A DNA stretch of 64,000 bases from Eutreptiella sp. 'Long Island Sound 2002' (lineage: Eukaryota; Protista; Euglenida), in contig OZ038378.1 in assembly GCA_964036045.1 (NCBI GenBank), forward strand, positions 179,986,001 to 180,050,000, written 5' to 3'. The notes below the pieces were generated by a model, which had not been told where the DNA came from, made no database searches, and was given only the letters and a program-made list of their open reading frames with translations. This document shows positions 47,360 through 59,806 of the stretch, piece by piece; the first letter of the stretch is position 1, and each line of letters begins with the position of its first letter. Position numbers and translations under genes: made by a program.

Positions 47360-47900
47360 CACAATGGATGACCCCACTTTGCGACACCATCTTCAAGGCA
47401 CAGGTTTGGCAGGATGCATGGATGACCGGTACATTTGTGCCTACTAGGAGGTGGTTTACTAGGAGGTGTTTTGGTGCATGGGAAAGGTCCTTGAGCCAAA
47501 GGCCCTACAGTGGTGTGTCCACCTCACAGAGTAGGTTGACAATTATGATGCCACCATGTCTCCAAAGCCTATTGGTGGCAGCGTTCTTTTTTCTTAACGA
47601 ACGGGGATAATTTGTCCAGGCTCTATTGGTTTGTTTTTGGGGGCAGTTGTTGATGTCAAGGGAAGTGAGTTGTACATGCGGCCCTTATCGAGGAACTTCA
47701 CGAGAAGGCATCCCACTAACCGTAAAGCTTTTGGGTTTTCAACGTTTGGATGATTGGGCTTGCGGTTATCAATCCCTAAGTTTGTTGCACCATTTGTTGC
47801 AAACGGACCCCAATATTGATTTTGGCAAGTTCACAGCTGAATGTATGCCACCGGCCTTTGTGACGCACCTTCAAGACGTTGTGAACAATGCTCCCTTGGT
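47360..47900 (+). pseudogene. Possible decayed Ulp1/C48-like cysteine protease segment of a DNA transposon
   Basis: GFQRLDDWACGYQSLSLL resembles the Q-x(5)-CG nucleophile motif. Several stops lie upstream and the catalytic His was not identified. Confidence 0.3.
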
Positions 47901-49652
47901 TGGGGTTCGTTTTTTCTTCTCAATGTCAACGCTCGCGTGACACATCGTCGTTCCGTGTCTTGCTAGGAAGGCAAAGGAGGAAAAGGGGGAGGCGGCTTGA
48001 GGGTTTGAGGGATAGAGAGGGGGGGGGGGGGGGCTGAGGCAAATATGTGGGGATTTGGTGTTTAGGAGGAGGGAGGCATATTTTTGACTGATGTGCACAT
48101 TGTGGGAACAGGGAGTGCTGCAGAGCATTGGGGCCCGTTGCAAAGCGTGTTGCACATGGTACTGATATTGCAGCATGGTCAATGTATGGTGGTCAGACAG
48201 ATGTGCACTAGATGAGCCCTACGCGTCATTTAAGCCATCCAATAGGTTGACAAGTTGTAGCACAGTCTTGTAGCAAAGTTGAGAGCTGCTAGGCTGCAGA
48301 GGGATAGCACGCAGGTGGCAGAATGGCAAGCATTGGCAAGCTCCATGCAAAATCCTGCAAGTCATGTCGCTTGCAGCCATACCATCTCTTCCACCAAGCA
48401 CGCCTAGGCAAGGCAAGAAAACAAATTTTCGCCCTTTGCTAGATTTGGTTGCTAAAATCAACCCTATCTGCATCCCAAGTGATTGTTGGGTCGTGACACC
48501 ACCAAATCCTTGTCACTAGACTCTTCTGCAACCTGTTGAGCAATGTCTAGCGCCCCACAAGGTCTGTGCCATGCTGTGGAGCACATAGATGCAATTGTTG
48601 CTTGCGTGGTCACCCCATGTCTTGTGCAATTCAGCAGCAAGCCCTGCTGTATGATGGGCACAGTTTGAAAGTTGTGAGTTGGGTGTACTATGAGGCCTAA
48701 ATGTCAGCCGCTGGTGCTCAACCGGTTTGTTGACCCTGTCACGGCAGGGGCCATTCAGGGCATGAGATTTGGTTAGGAACGTCTAGTTTGATAATGCAAA
48801 TGAGGTATTTTGTTGCACTTCCCCTCAAATTTTGTTTCTGCTTTGTTGTTAGCCATGGGAACATGTGACCCCTTAGGTTTGGACCACTTGTACTGCAACA
48901 TGATTGCTGTGCCAAATGGTGAAGGGATGAGGTTAATGCATGTGCTTTGTGTTGGTGAAGGGCCTCCAGTCCACACAGGGCTGGACACCGGGCTGCAAGC
49001 AACCGCGATTGTACCCAGGTTTTGAATAGTCCCTCAGAACCATGGCACATGAGGCATGGTCCTTGCGGCACTGCCGCACACGACGTGCAAGTGGACTTCC
49101 GCTTTGGTGGATGTTGTGGCCAGGAGACACGCCCATGGTGCATGGTCCTACGGAGCACCTGCAACTCTTGCACCAAGGTTTCATGTGCTGGGGCCCTCAC
49201 ACACTGATCACCAGGCATAAGCAGCACCCTGCTCCATGCGCATTGCCTGAATGCAGGCACTGAGGGTCGTAGGCTTCCCTGTTGCAGGAAACCCCCCCCA
49301 TTTGGCCAAATCCCCTGTGGGCGCGGGGGGTCTCTGCTTTCCTCATGGGGGGTCTGTTGAGTGTGCACAGAGCCCAGAGCAACAAGGTATTTGGCGACAG
49401 TCGGCTTCAAGAGGCGGAATCACAGAAGTCAAGCGAAATGCCGCACCGTTTGTCATAGCAACAGCATTAATGCAGCCGTGCCAATCTTTGACAAGCCCAA
49501 TTGGCATGCCGCCGTGGGTGAAATCTCTTTCTGGCAATGGCATGCTTTGCCTCACGGAAAAGGTGCCTGCGTAGCTTCAGATTTCGATTTGCGTCAGGCC
49601 GCACAAACCCATTGCACGGCTCTCGATTTCTTCTCCGGCGCTCTGCAGACCC

Positions 49653-51140
49653 ATGGCTTTGAGTGGGATCCATTCTTTGAAGTACCCAATTCGGGTCTTT
49701 GGGAGCATGGCCTTTTTGAGCTTGTTTTGCACCGTCCCTACGCTGCGTGAAATGGTTCGAGGCCACGGCGTCTGGTTGATTCTGACGGGTATCTTTGTCA
49801 ACGAGCGCTTTGTGGGCAGTGTGCTGCACAAAGGCTTGAATCGTGGGGCTGGGACGGCCCTGGGGTGTGTCCTTGCATTTGGAGGACACTCCCTCTTCAG
49901 GGTCTTGGATGGCTATGGACTGATGCATTACAATGACTACTTAGCGGTTGCGCTAACAGGAACGGTCACTGGATTTGTCTATTACATGCGGGCGGCCAGT
50001 TGGCTGCCGTCGTTCGATTACGGACTGCTGGTGTTCACCCTCACGTTTGATTACTTGCTGTTGTCCGGACTGCAAGCCGCGCAGCATCAGGGCTGGGAGG
50101 CTGGGGCAGAGGCCACCCTCGCGCGTCTGTTCGCGATAGTGTTCAGTTGCGGGGTCGTTATTCTGTTCTCCATGTTCATTTTCCCGGAATACGCCGGCGA
50201 GTACCTTCAAGACACGCTCTCCGACCGGCTGCAGGACATCCGCAAGACCGTGGACGACCTCCTACAGTGCTTCGTCGACAGTCGAGCGGTGGCACCCCTC
50301 GTCCCGGAGCACCGCGCCGGTCTGTACGAGTCGGTGTTCGATGCTTTAGAGAGGGGCCTTTACAGCGGCAGCTACGCCGCGCGTACCGCGGAAAGGGCGG
50401 CCATCAAGGCAGCAAAGGCCGAGCCGCGGCTGCTGAATCTGCTGCTGAAGTGCTGCTGCGTCAAGCGCCCGGGGGTGAAGAGCACCATCCTGACCCTCCG
50501 GTACGACTGGAACGAATACTTGCTGGCGTTTGCGGCCGTGCGGAAGTTGTATGTGTACGTGTGCATGCTCTCGGACCTCCTCTCCCCGACCCGGACCGGC
50601 CCCCTCGAGCCGGACCCGGCGCTCGTCCCGGACATCCTGGCGATCCAACGGGCCTTTGGCAATGTGTTGAGCGTTCTGTCGGAGGCCTCGAAGACGGGGC
50701 TTCTCGCCCGAGAGGAGTTCGGGACGCTGGACGAGCAGCTGACCCTGGCGAAGGGCACCACCTGTGATTTGCAGACGCGGCTGCGGCCCGGGAAGGCGAC
50801 CTCCGGCCGCATCCATGACACCGGCGAGAGCACAGAGCTCGCGCTGTTGTCCTGCGGGCACATCCTGGTCCAGATGGTGGACGCGTTGGATGACCTCGTC
50901 TCCACCGTCACCGCGTTGGGGCATAAGGGCTTTATCGACATCGACGATGGGGCTAAGCCCGCGGACCCCGCCCTGAGGCTGAGGGCACAGAAGCTGCGCA
51001 GCCACACGTCGCTCCCGGTCCTGAAAAATCGGAGTCGAACTGATTTGGACCAGTGGCCAGGCCCGGTCACTGAGGGCACGCGGCTCATTAGTCCGGTGCC
51101 GCAGCCGGAGGCCTGCCCTGCGGGTACCGCTGCGCCATAG
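49653..51140 (+). CDS. Aluminium-activated malate transporter (ALMT)-family anion channel, single exon
   Basis: ALMT motifs NERFVGSVLHKGLNRGAGTALG, FDYGLLVFTLTF and R...I...FIFPEYAG; N-terminal TM block followed by a soluble C-terminal half. Confidence 0.85.
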   Translation: MALSGIHSLKYPIRVFGSMAFLSLFCTVPTLREMVRGHGVWLILTGIFVNERFVGSVLHKGLNRGAGTALGCVLAFGGHSLFRVLDGYGLMHYNDYLAVALTGTVTGFVYYMRAASWLPSFDYGLLVFTLTFDYLLLSGLQAAQHQGWEAGAEATLARLFAIVFSCGVVILFSMFIFPEYAGEYLQDTLSDRLQDIRKTVDDLLQCFVDSRAVAPLVPEHRAGLYESVFDALERGLYSGSYAARTAERAAIKAAKAEPRLLNLLLKCCCVKRPGVKSTILTLRYDWNEYLLAFAAVRKLYVYVCMLSDLLSPTRTGPLEPDPALVPDILAIQRAFGNVLSVLSEASKTGLLAREEFGTLDEQLTLAKGTTCDLQTRLRPGKATSGRIHDTGESTELALLSCGHILVQMVDALDDLVSTVTALGHKGFIDIDDGAKPADPALRLRAQKLRSHTSLPVLKNRSRTDLDQWPGPVTEGTRLISPVPQPEACPAGTAAP

Positions 51141-54100
51141 CCCCTTCGGAAGTCAGCGGCGCTGCAGAATCGTTGGGGCACCGACGCATTCACGAGACGG
51201 CGTGTGGAGCACTCCTCCCCAACGTCGGTCACGCCCCGTAACTATATCGTATGGACTCATCCCATTGGCTCGCGGCATATCCATCATGAGTCGCAACGCC
51301 AGCGGAAAAGCCGCAGCTGCTGGCCGACATTCGTCTTTTGTTTTCCTCACGACTGTCGGAGTCTGGTCACGGCCATGGCGCACGGTGCGCCTCCAATGCA
51401 ACGCGCGGTGTTGTGTGACACCCCCTCCAAAAAAATAACAAACACACCACAACATGACTGAGAAACAGGCGTTCTGTTGCATGCCATTGCCCTTGTGATT
51501 CTGTACCACACTTTTATTTTGAATAGGAAGGCAGGGCTGCACTTTCCTCTGAGAGAGCGACGGTCAATGTGTCCCTTGTTTCAGGAACTGCATATGCGCT
51601 ATGCCACGAGAACTGCATTTCTGTCGCAGTCTCCACCGCATTTTTAGCGGTGTTCTTGCCGGTTGTGGTGTCGCATCGTAAGCAAACATCTCCTCTGCTG
51701 CCTCTTCTTTGGAGTCAAGGCTTTGTGCCAGTGGAGGCCCACATGCTTCAACGCTTGTGTTCCCTTCCAATCTACACTGTATTTGTACTTTCAGCTCATT
51801 GCTCGTGGCAGACACTGGCATCCTGAGAAGTTATCATGCGCAGCCCAGCCACCAACGCATGCGTTGGCGAAAACCGGGGACCCATCGCCTCCACGGACAA
51901 TGGGATGGTGTTGTTAGCAGGTGAACCCCCCCCCCCCAGCCCCCGAAATGCATCCTTCAATCCTCCTGCATTGTCCGTGAGAAGGACTTTGCGACCGAAC
52001 CGCTGATGAAGACGCCCTTCACCACACTGCACTCCGGTTCTTTGGCATTCAACGGTGGTGCTTTCTTAGTCCTTGACGATTGCGCGCAAAGCGCTGGTCA
52101 AGGCGGCCAAAAACATGGAGCCCCCGTTGGGGCGGCTCAGCAGAAGGGAGAAGCCACCGAGACCCCTGCCAGTGCAACCCCACACTGTCGGGGAGCAGGG
52201 GGGGGGGGGGGGGCTCAGTTTTGGGCCTGGGTCTGGGGATTCAGCCATTGAGGATCCCTGATGGAGGAGGACGCCCAAGCCCTTGCGAAACCCAATCCAT
52301 GATAATGGCACAATAATGGCAGCCGTGGGTGCGGGAAGCAGATAGCCCCGAAGGAGATGCGGGGCACCGGTTCGTATCTCATGTACGTGAGATGGATGCA
52401 TGAACAGGCAGGTCGATTGGTATCTTGTGCACATGAAGAGGGGTGGCGGTCACAGGCAGGGCATCCGATTGGTACCGCATGTGCGAGAGCAGGGACGCTT
52501 GAACGTGCAGGTCGATCGGCATCTTGTGTACAAGAGGGGGTTTGTTTGACAACATCAGTTACGGAGTTTGCAGCATTGACTCAGTCTACTCCGGAAGTGG
52601 GCTTAGGCAGAGGCACCTGCTGCCGGGGGTGACAGGAGAGGGACTGATCTTATGGGTGGTTTTTGATGCATCTTCCCTGCCGTACATGAGATACCAATTG
52701 GGTGACCTGCCCGTTCATGCACGATTTCATTAAAGATTCAACCAAAACGGCTGTCTACTACAGCAAGTTCCACAGAACTGACTGAATGTTTCGTGAGCAG
52801 TGCTAAGTCTGGCTGTCCCTCAAGCCATTACGCCTGCGTTTTTTCCCCCTCACTGCCAGAGGATAGGTGCAGTGCCTGGACATTGGCTCCATCATGCTCT
52901 TCTTGAGCCAAAGGAACAAACTCACTGCGAGTGAGTTGTGCGATCTGTGCTGTTCTTGCTTTGCGGGGAAGGACGGAGCTTTTGTGTTTCGGAGGCCTGG
53001 AACCTGGAACCTGTGTAGGAGGCGGGGGTGGGGGGGGGGAGGCAACACCAGCAACACAAAGCAGGGTTCCCCATTATCATCTTTCCCAGGTTTTACTCGG
53101 ACGTGCAAGTACTTGGTAATGTGGTACAGGGTACAGTGGAGTGCCTTGGATGCAAGAAATCTGAACTACACAGCAATACGCCAATAAAACCACCTTGTCC
53201 AGCCAGCAAACTCACAGGAGAAGATTAATATCCAACCTTCTGAGTAAATCACGTAAACGGAAAGTGACAGTTCCCTCGCCCCCCCTCCCCCCCAGTTACT
53301 ATGCAAGGGCGGTTACTCTACAAGGGTGGGGGAAGGAAGTTGCGTTCCCAACACAGCAACACAGCAACAAGCCATGGGGAACAAAAAATGCCCAAAAGAT
53401 GCCCAGTGCGCCCCGCGCAGCAAGCTTCCCCCCAGGTCGCATACTAGAGGCAAGCTGGTACGAAAATGAGCTTGTTATGGATGGATCTGCAGGCTGTACT
53501 ATAATGAGCCCACTCGGGGGGGGGGGGGGGTCTGGATGGAGGTTAAACAGATGCTTGAGGGTGTGAATTTTTTGACTGTGCACTAGGATGGTGTTCACGC
53601 ACCGCACACACTCCATGCGCACACTGCGTCAGGGAGACGCAATTTTGCATCTTCCATCGGCTTAGAAGTATCTTAACAGGGATTCAGTTTGCTGTGCGTT
53701 TCAGTCAAAATGCAACACATGGTACCATTTAAGGCTTCTCAAGCTCACACAGACAAATTGACCTGGGATTCTGCATGAACAACGGTTGTGCATTGCCACC
53801 CTTTGGGGAACACAAAACGCGGTGTGTGCACAGTGCAACTATGAGGACAACTTGGGGCAACTGCTGGCAACCCGGCCTTCTGTTTGTGCGCTGGAAGTCA
53901 AGGATTATCCAGTGAGGACTATCGGAACCACCCCCTGGTGCTGCGGCATTTTTCCTGACACGGCTACCATGGTGGAGGGCTGCTCATAGCCATGCGCAAG
54001 AGCGAACCCCTAGTTTCGGGGCACTTTTTGGCTTGAAAACACTGTCCAAGAACCACCTGCTGGTCCGCGGCAAAACAGTACTGGTTCCTGGGCAATGGGG

Positions 54101-56092
54101 TGGGGGTATGTGCAGTACAAGCACTTCCTCTTGGACACCCTATGATGCCGTTTGGTGGTGATTCCAGACCCTCAGTCATATTCGGTCCTCTTCCAGTATT
54201 CATAGGGATGAGGCCGCATGTCCTGTATTGGATTTGCCCTGCAATCCACGATACCAGCTTCACGGCCATAGTACAACATCCCTGACAGACGCCGTCATGT
54301 GTCACGGTGACGCATGCACTCATGCCCTTGCAGTGCGGTTTCTTGGCATGCCCTTCTCCAGTCTGGTCCAGTCCAGAGGGACTTCATGCAATACCAGTGC
54401 TTTAAAACCCGAAGGGTGAGGAGAATGGGAGGGTTGAAAAGGTAATGCTGTAAAGGGAAGAGCACCGAGGCCACAATGTTGTGCATTGTGAGAGAGGGGT
54501 TGCGCAACCAGAAACCGAGATCACACTTCAGGGTCAGGGTCAGGGTCATCGTCTGATGTGTCACGGGATGCCACAGATTCTGATGTTTCATCGCTGACAT
54601 CTGTTGAAACTGGTCTCCCAAGTGGTGTTGAAGAAGACAGTGACGGTGCATCAGACACGGAGATTGTGTGGGCAAAGAGTGCGCGTGGAGTGTGGGGACT
54701 GGCAGATGCCTTTGCCAACGGAAAATTGTATTTCACGCGCGATGTTCCTGAGGCAAGCTGCTTGCCACAGGGGCGGGCGTGCCCACATTTTCGTTTGTGT
54801 TTGCCCACGTTAGAGTGGCTCACTTCTACATTGCATAACCTTTTGGGATCACCACGGATATCGAAATTGGACAAAAAAACTGTCACTGGTTGATCCTGCT
54901 GCCGCCCCAGCTTCAAAGTGTGATGCGGGTAGTGCAACAGGTACGCCATCATACGCGTTCTGTTTGGCACGAGGCCAGCACCTAAAGCACGCATACTGTC
55001 CACTGTTGATCAATTGTTGGTATTTAGAGAATGCTTTTGCTGTGTTTGTCTGTCCAAGTGAGGCCAAGGTCAGTCACAGAGCCTCAAGCCACCTGTCACA
55101 CAGGGCCCGCAAGCCATGCAGCAATAGGGGAAGCCTCAGTGACACGGAAAATTTGGCAACAGGACTGTTGTGGTTGGGCCGGGGTGCAGGTTGGGAGGGG
55201 CACGTCTGAGCTAAAAGCACTGCATTGATGGTTCCTGAGATGATACTCCGACCAATGGTTGAGGGTTTAATAGGGGTGGTAGAAGATGTACCATGTGGCC
55301 CTGTATTTTTGCAATGCTGCCATGATTGACGGAGAGGGAATATTTGCCCCATGCACAATCCATGCACGCTGCGTGCGCCGTGTTTGGGCGCAGCCTGAAA
55401 CCAGTCTCCTTTAGCTGGTCCCATCAACAACACCTGCTGGTGAGGAAAAGTGAGGCATCATGCTTAGATACAGCAGTGTGGCACGTAGGCAAACCTTTGG
55501 TGGAAGTGTAACCCTGAATGGTACGAGCCTGGTAACACAAAAATGTGGGTCTCTGAATGTCTGGACGCATTCAGAGACTGATTCCCGAGTTCCTCTCGAG
55601 AGGCTGCAAGACTGCAGCAGAACGCGCGCACACACACACAAAAGAGACATCATGCTCGGATACAGCAGCTTTGTCACATACGAAGCGATCTGGCTGTCTC
55701 GGGCCTGCTGTGCAGAAATCTGTGCAGCTTCACGCGTCTCACAGTAATTCACCTGGCGTGCTCTGCATTGATTTGGCCAGCACCACAGCAGCCTGATTGC
55801 TGGTACAGTACGCACATTTGCAAACGGCATATGCAGGCCGGTGTCTCCCGATTATCGGCTCATGCTTTTCCCCTTCCACACAATCATGTGCACGATCCCC
55901 CTCTTCAGGTTCTTCAAGTACATCCCTCCACACGCGTCATATTCACTCAGGCAGTAGCCCTGGCCTGGGTCGTCCCTGTGCAAGGGGTTCGGGGCTACCT
56001 CGTTGAGCGGACTTGTGCCTTCGCCACAGGACAGCCAGTGCCTCGCCTGCATCATCCCTTGGCGTATCCCTGCTCTACGTCCGTGTCAAGTC

Positions 56093-57376
56093 ATGGGCAC
56101 TTCGCTTCATCATGGATGCCCTCTTTTTGTTCTCCTCTTGGGGTTTTTGGCCGGAGCGGCCTCCCGTTTTGTCCCAGAGTTTCACCGGATCACTTCCATC
56201 AGAAGCGAATACCTCATTGTGTCTGCTGGATACTACTACACTGCACCCAGGCACACCGTGCTGTTGTTCGGCCAAGTGCACAGGAGGGTATTGAAGGATG
56301 ATAATTCCATGGACATGGAGTTGTCGGTGGACACGCGGGATCATCTTGGCACGCCTGCCACAAGGTGGGACTGCAGTCCCCATTGGACCCTGACCACAGC
56401 GAAAATTTTGAATTCAGATTTTGTCAGAGACTGGATGTTGACCTGGGATGGATATGATGAGTACCTGTGGTACGACGCCTGGTGGGAGTGCGTTGTTCCC
56501 CAATCTGCCATAGGCGGTGCAGTGCACCGCCCACAAATACCTGTTGTTGTGGTCTTGCAAAGAGGCGAAGAGGCCTCCTCTTTCGACGTCCATCTCTCGG
56601 TAGTGCGGATCCAAACCCTCTCCAAGAAGACTCTGCCCCCGAAGGTTGTGGTGCACGCATTCAGAAATGTACAGAGCCTCCAATTGCCTCGCAGCATCAA
56701 CTTTTGGAGGTACCACGGGTTCAATGTCCACATCGTCACAGCGAAGGACCAGTTGCATTGGTTCCGGACGTTCAACTACAGTACCATCAACGTATCTGCA
56801 GCAGAGCAGCTCAGCATTGGGGTGTACTCCTGGGGCGATGGGCACAGGGTGCCTGAGGGGTCGCAAGGGGTGTCCTATAACATCGCATTCCATCAGGCCC
56901 CAGAACGGATTGTGTGCTTCTTTGATGCAGACGATTTCCTTGAACTTCCCGTGGGGAACGAAGTCGCGCACCTCAACTCCAAGTTGAGGGACTGCAGCTT
57001 CATGAGCTTCGATTTTGACCAGCAAGGGACCTGGCACTGCCCTGCCCGCCCGTGCAGTGCCTTGAACTTCACGGTCTTTGAAGTCTCGCCCCACCACCGT
57101 CAGTATTACGCTGTGCTACAGATGCCTGGCACACAGGGGGGGCCGCTATGTTGGGTGTATTACAGAAAGCCCCGTGACGTGGCACAGCTCCAGACGAAGA
57201 TGTGTGTGCGGCGTGACCGCATGAAGGTGGTCGACGTGCATCTACCCCAGAAGCTGTGGACCCGTGTGCCGGGGACGAAAGGGGGCCTGTCGGCGAATCA
57301 GATGGTCGTGCACCTGCGCAAGACCGTCGACAAGCTCCAGCCTGACGTGTGCAAGGTCTTTGAGAAGACGAACTAG
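56093..57376 (+). CDS. Secretory-pathway GT-A glycosyltransferase, GT92/DUF23-like, single exon
   Basis: Signal peptide/anchor LFVLLLGFLAGA; FWRYHGFNVHIV; VCFFDADDFL (DxD); TKMCVRRDRMKVVDVH; terminal VVHLRK. ATG 56093 is preceded by an AG. Confidence 0.7.
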   Translation: MGTSLHHGCPLFVLLLGFLAGAASRFVPEFHRITSIRSEYLIVSAGYYYTAPRHTVLLFGQVHRRVLKDDNSMDMELSVDTRDHLGTPATRWDCSPHWTLTTAKILNSDFVRDWMLTWDGYDEYLWYDAWWECVVPQSAIGGAVHRPQIPVVVVLQRGEEASSFDVHLSVVRIQTLSKKTLPPKVVVHAFRNVQSLQLPRSINFWRYHGFNVHIVTAKDQLHWFRTFNYSTINVSAAEQLSIGVYSWGDGHRVPEGSQGVSYNIAFHQAPERIVCFFDADDFLELPVGNEVAHLNSKLRDCSFMSFDFDQQGTWHCPARPCSALNFTVFEVSPHHRQYYAVLQMPGTQGGPLCWVYYRKPRDVAQLQTKMCVRRDRMKVVDVHLPQKLWTRVPGTKGGLSANQMVVHLRKTVDKLQPDVCKVFEKTN

Positions 57377-59587
57377 ACCGGCCTGCACTGCCGCATGCGT
57401 GCTGCAGGGACAGGACCTCCACATTTTGCCGCTGACTCTCAACGACATGTGCACAGCACTACGACCGGCAGCAGGCCCCATTCCTCAGATGAACATTTGG
57501 ACTGCCTACCCCTCTTCTCCGCCCACCCCTAAAACAAGATGAAGGGTTTGGTGTGTGGACTACAATGGAAAGCCTGAAGAACTGCCGAACATTGCTGCAT
57601 ATGCCGAAGAAGATTTTCTTTAGCTTATACTGGAACTGCTGCAGTTTTAATGCTATCGGTGTGTGGTGCCTCCCCCCCTCCCTGGGGCCGGGGAACCATC
57701 ACTTCATCACCGCCCCCCCCCCCCCCCTTTGCGGGGAACCGCCACAACATTGGGGGAGGGGTTTTCAAGGGGGGGGGGGGGGTACGCCGCTCTCAGCCAA
57801 GTCAGGGAGAACAAGGAAACGGATTGCACGTGCAACACAACAATGCGCAAACTGTCCAGCGGTGCACTGATGTAGCAATGAAGGCCATGTGAAGGCAGGC
57901 GCGGCTGGAGCTACGTGGCAGGTCCACACCTGATGTTTGACCCCCTCCTTGCGCCAGCACGGCCTTATCTAAGCTCGAAGACGACTGACCCTTTGTTTTT
58001 CCTGGGCGCACTTTTTCTGGCCCCGAATGCACAATGACATGTTTGTGAGCCGGTTGTAGTGGGGGAGAGGGGGCTGGGCCATGCCTGTGGCAAGCCATAT
58101 CCGCTCATCACAACATCGCGGAGAAACTTCTGTTTGCTCAAGTGTCTCGCTACCACGGGCGGCTTCAACGCCGAAACGATGGCAGTCACTGGCCGAGCGA
58201 GTGACACCTGCCAACACTTGCCGGAAATTTTCGTGACACCTGCCGCCACCAGCCTCGGCATGTGCTATTAGCAAGTATGGTGAGGGGCACCACCGTGACC
58301 TGATACCTTTCATAGAGTGCATTGTCCAACACTACGCACTCCTTTGAACCCGACGGAGTTTGAGCACTGACTGAGCGTGTGCTTGAGGGTGCAACCCCAC
58401 CTCTGTTTGTTTTGGTTCGATTTTCAGGGAATGCTGCCATCAACAGGGCCCAAGTCCCCACACCAGCACGGCCTTGCGTAGCCACGTGATGCCCGTCTGC
58501 CCGTTGAGCCCCGTGCCTTCGGGCCGTGCCTGCGCAAGGGAGAGGGGCGGTGCATCAGCATGCAGACCTCGTGTGCACGAAGCATCTGGGGGCACCCCAT
58601 GTGCCCGGGTCGCGCACCGCCTGTCCACGACACTTTGGAAAGGCAAAGTGCTTTGCCCATGGCAGCCGACCCTCATTCAGCACTGTTTGTCGATTGGAAG
58701 GGGAAGGGGAATTGCTGCACGGCATTGAATCACGTCCTGGATGCACAGGCGCAGCAAAGAAGCTCATCAGTGAATCATGAATCATAGGCGCCTTTCGCTG
58801 TGACAGGGAACAGTAGGAATAGGTCCGGGGCCGACAGGCAGCAATTGTTCACACGGCAGACTGTCACTGTCACGAAAGTGGTTCACAGTCCCTGATGAGG
58901 TCCTTGAGCTTGAGCCATGCACCGGACCCGGTTCGAGTGCCTGGGAAAAGCAATGCTCTAGGGGAGCTTGCACCAACCATTGTATTCTTGTTGACAGCAG
59001 TGACAAGCCACGACGGAGGCAGGAGGGAACACGCCCTCCACTACCACTAGTACTGTATTCGGCAGCCCCAGATGTAGTACCACTGAGGGTGGTGGTGTGT
59101 GTGTGGGGGGGGGGGGGCACACCATAGACCCAGCAGTATGTGCTACCCTTTTTTGGGGAGCAACATTCGCCTGCAGGCACCCACATTGTGGGATTGGGCT
59201 TCACTGTGCCAAGCTCAAGCAACAGCCTGGTCCACAGCCTTTTCACGCCTTTTGCAAGTTTGGAACTCGCAAATCCCAGTTCAATGACATCCATTCCTGT
59301 ACTGCCCCATAGGCCCGAGCACCGACTGACACCGGTAACTCCACTGAACTGCCCATTGTGAGGCAACCATCGCGAGCATGTCTTGTATAGACTTGCAGGT
59401 CCCCTTACCGACTTTTTTTTGGCATGCGCAAGCTCCCCGTGCTGTGCGGTTTGTGCAACCTCCTTCTACCACATGAGGTGTGCATCCTGCCCTAAGGGGG
59501 AGCAAGACGCAGCATGCGCGTGGACCATATTTATTTATACAATTTAATTGAATTCACAGATTTGGTCTTACACCCCAGCCCCCCTTG

Positions 59588-59750
59588 TCTAACCGGTGCT
59601 GAGGGTGGGGTTGAGCTGACCAACCAGCCCATGAAATAACCGATACCTGCAGTGCAGCAGTGAACTCAAGGCAACATTCGATACTGGCTTGGAGCAATGA
59701 TCGTGTACCTGTGTCCCGGGGGTATACGTTAGCTAAGTATCAGTAGCTTC
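59588..59750 (+). repeat. Conserved non-coding element, copy C (internally shortened)
   Basis: TCTAACCGG...GGTTGAGCTGACC...GAACTCAAGGCAACATTCG (shared with copy B)...CCTGTGTCCCGGGGGTA. Confidence 0.7.
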
Positions 59751-59806
59751 ATTCCCCCGCGAGACCAACACTAAAGTCCCAAAATTTGAAGGAAACAACA
59801 CCTAAT

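Noticed and set aside
50147-51232. Long alternative-frame and antisense ORFs over ALMT
   Set aside because: Expected from high GC3; no motifs.
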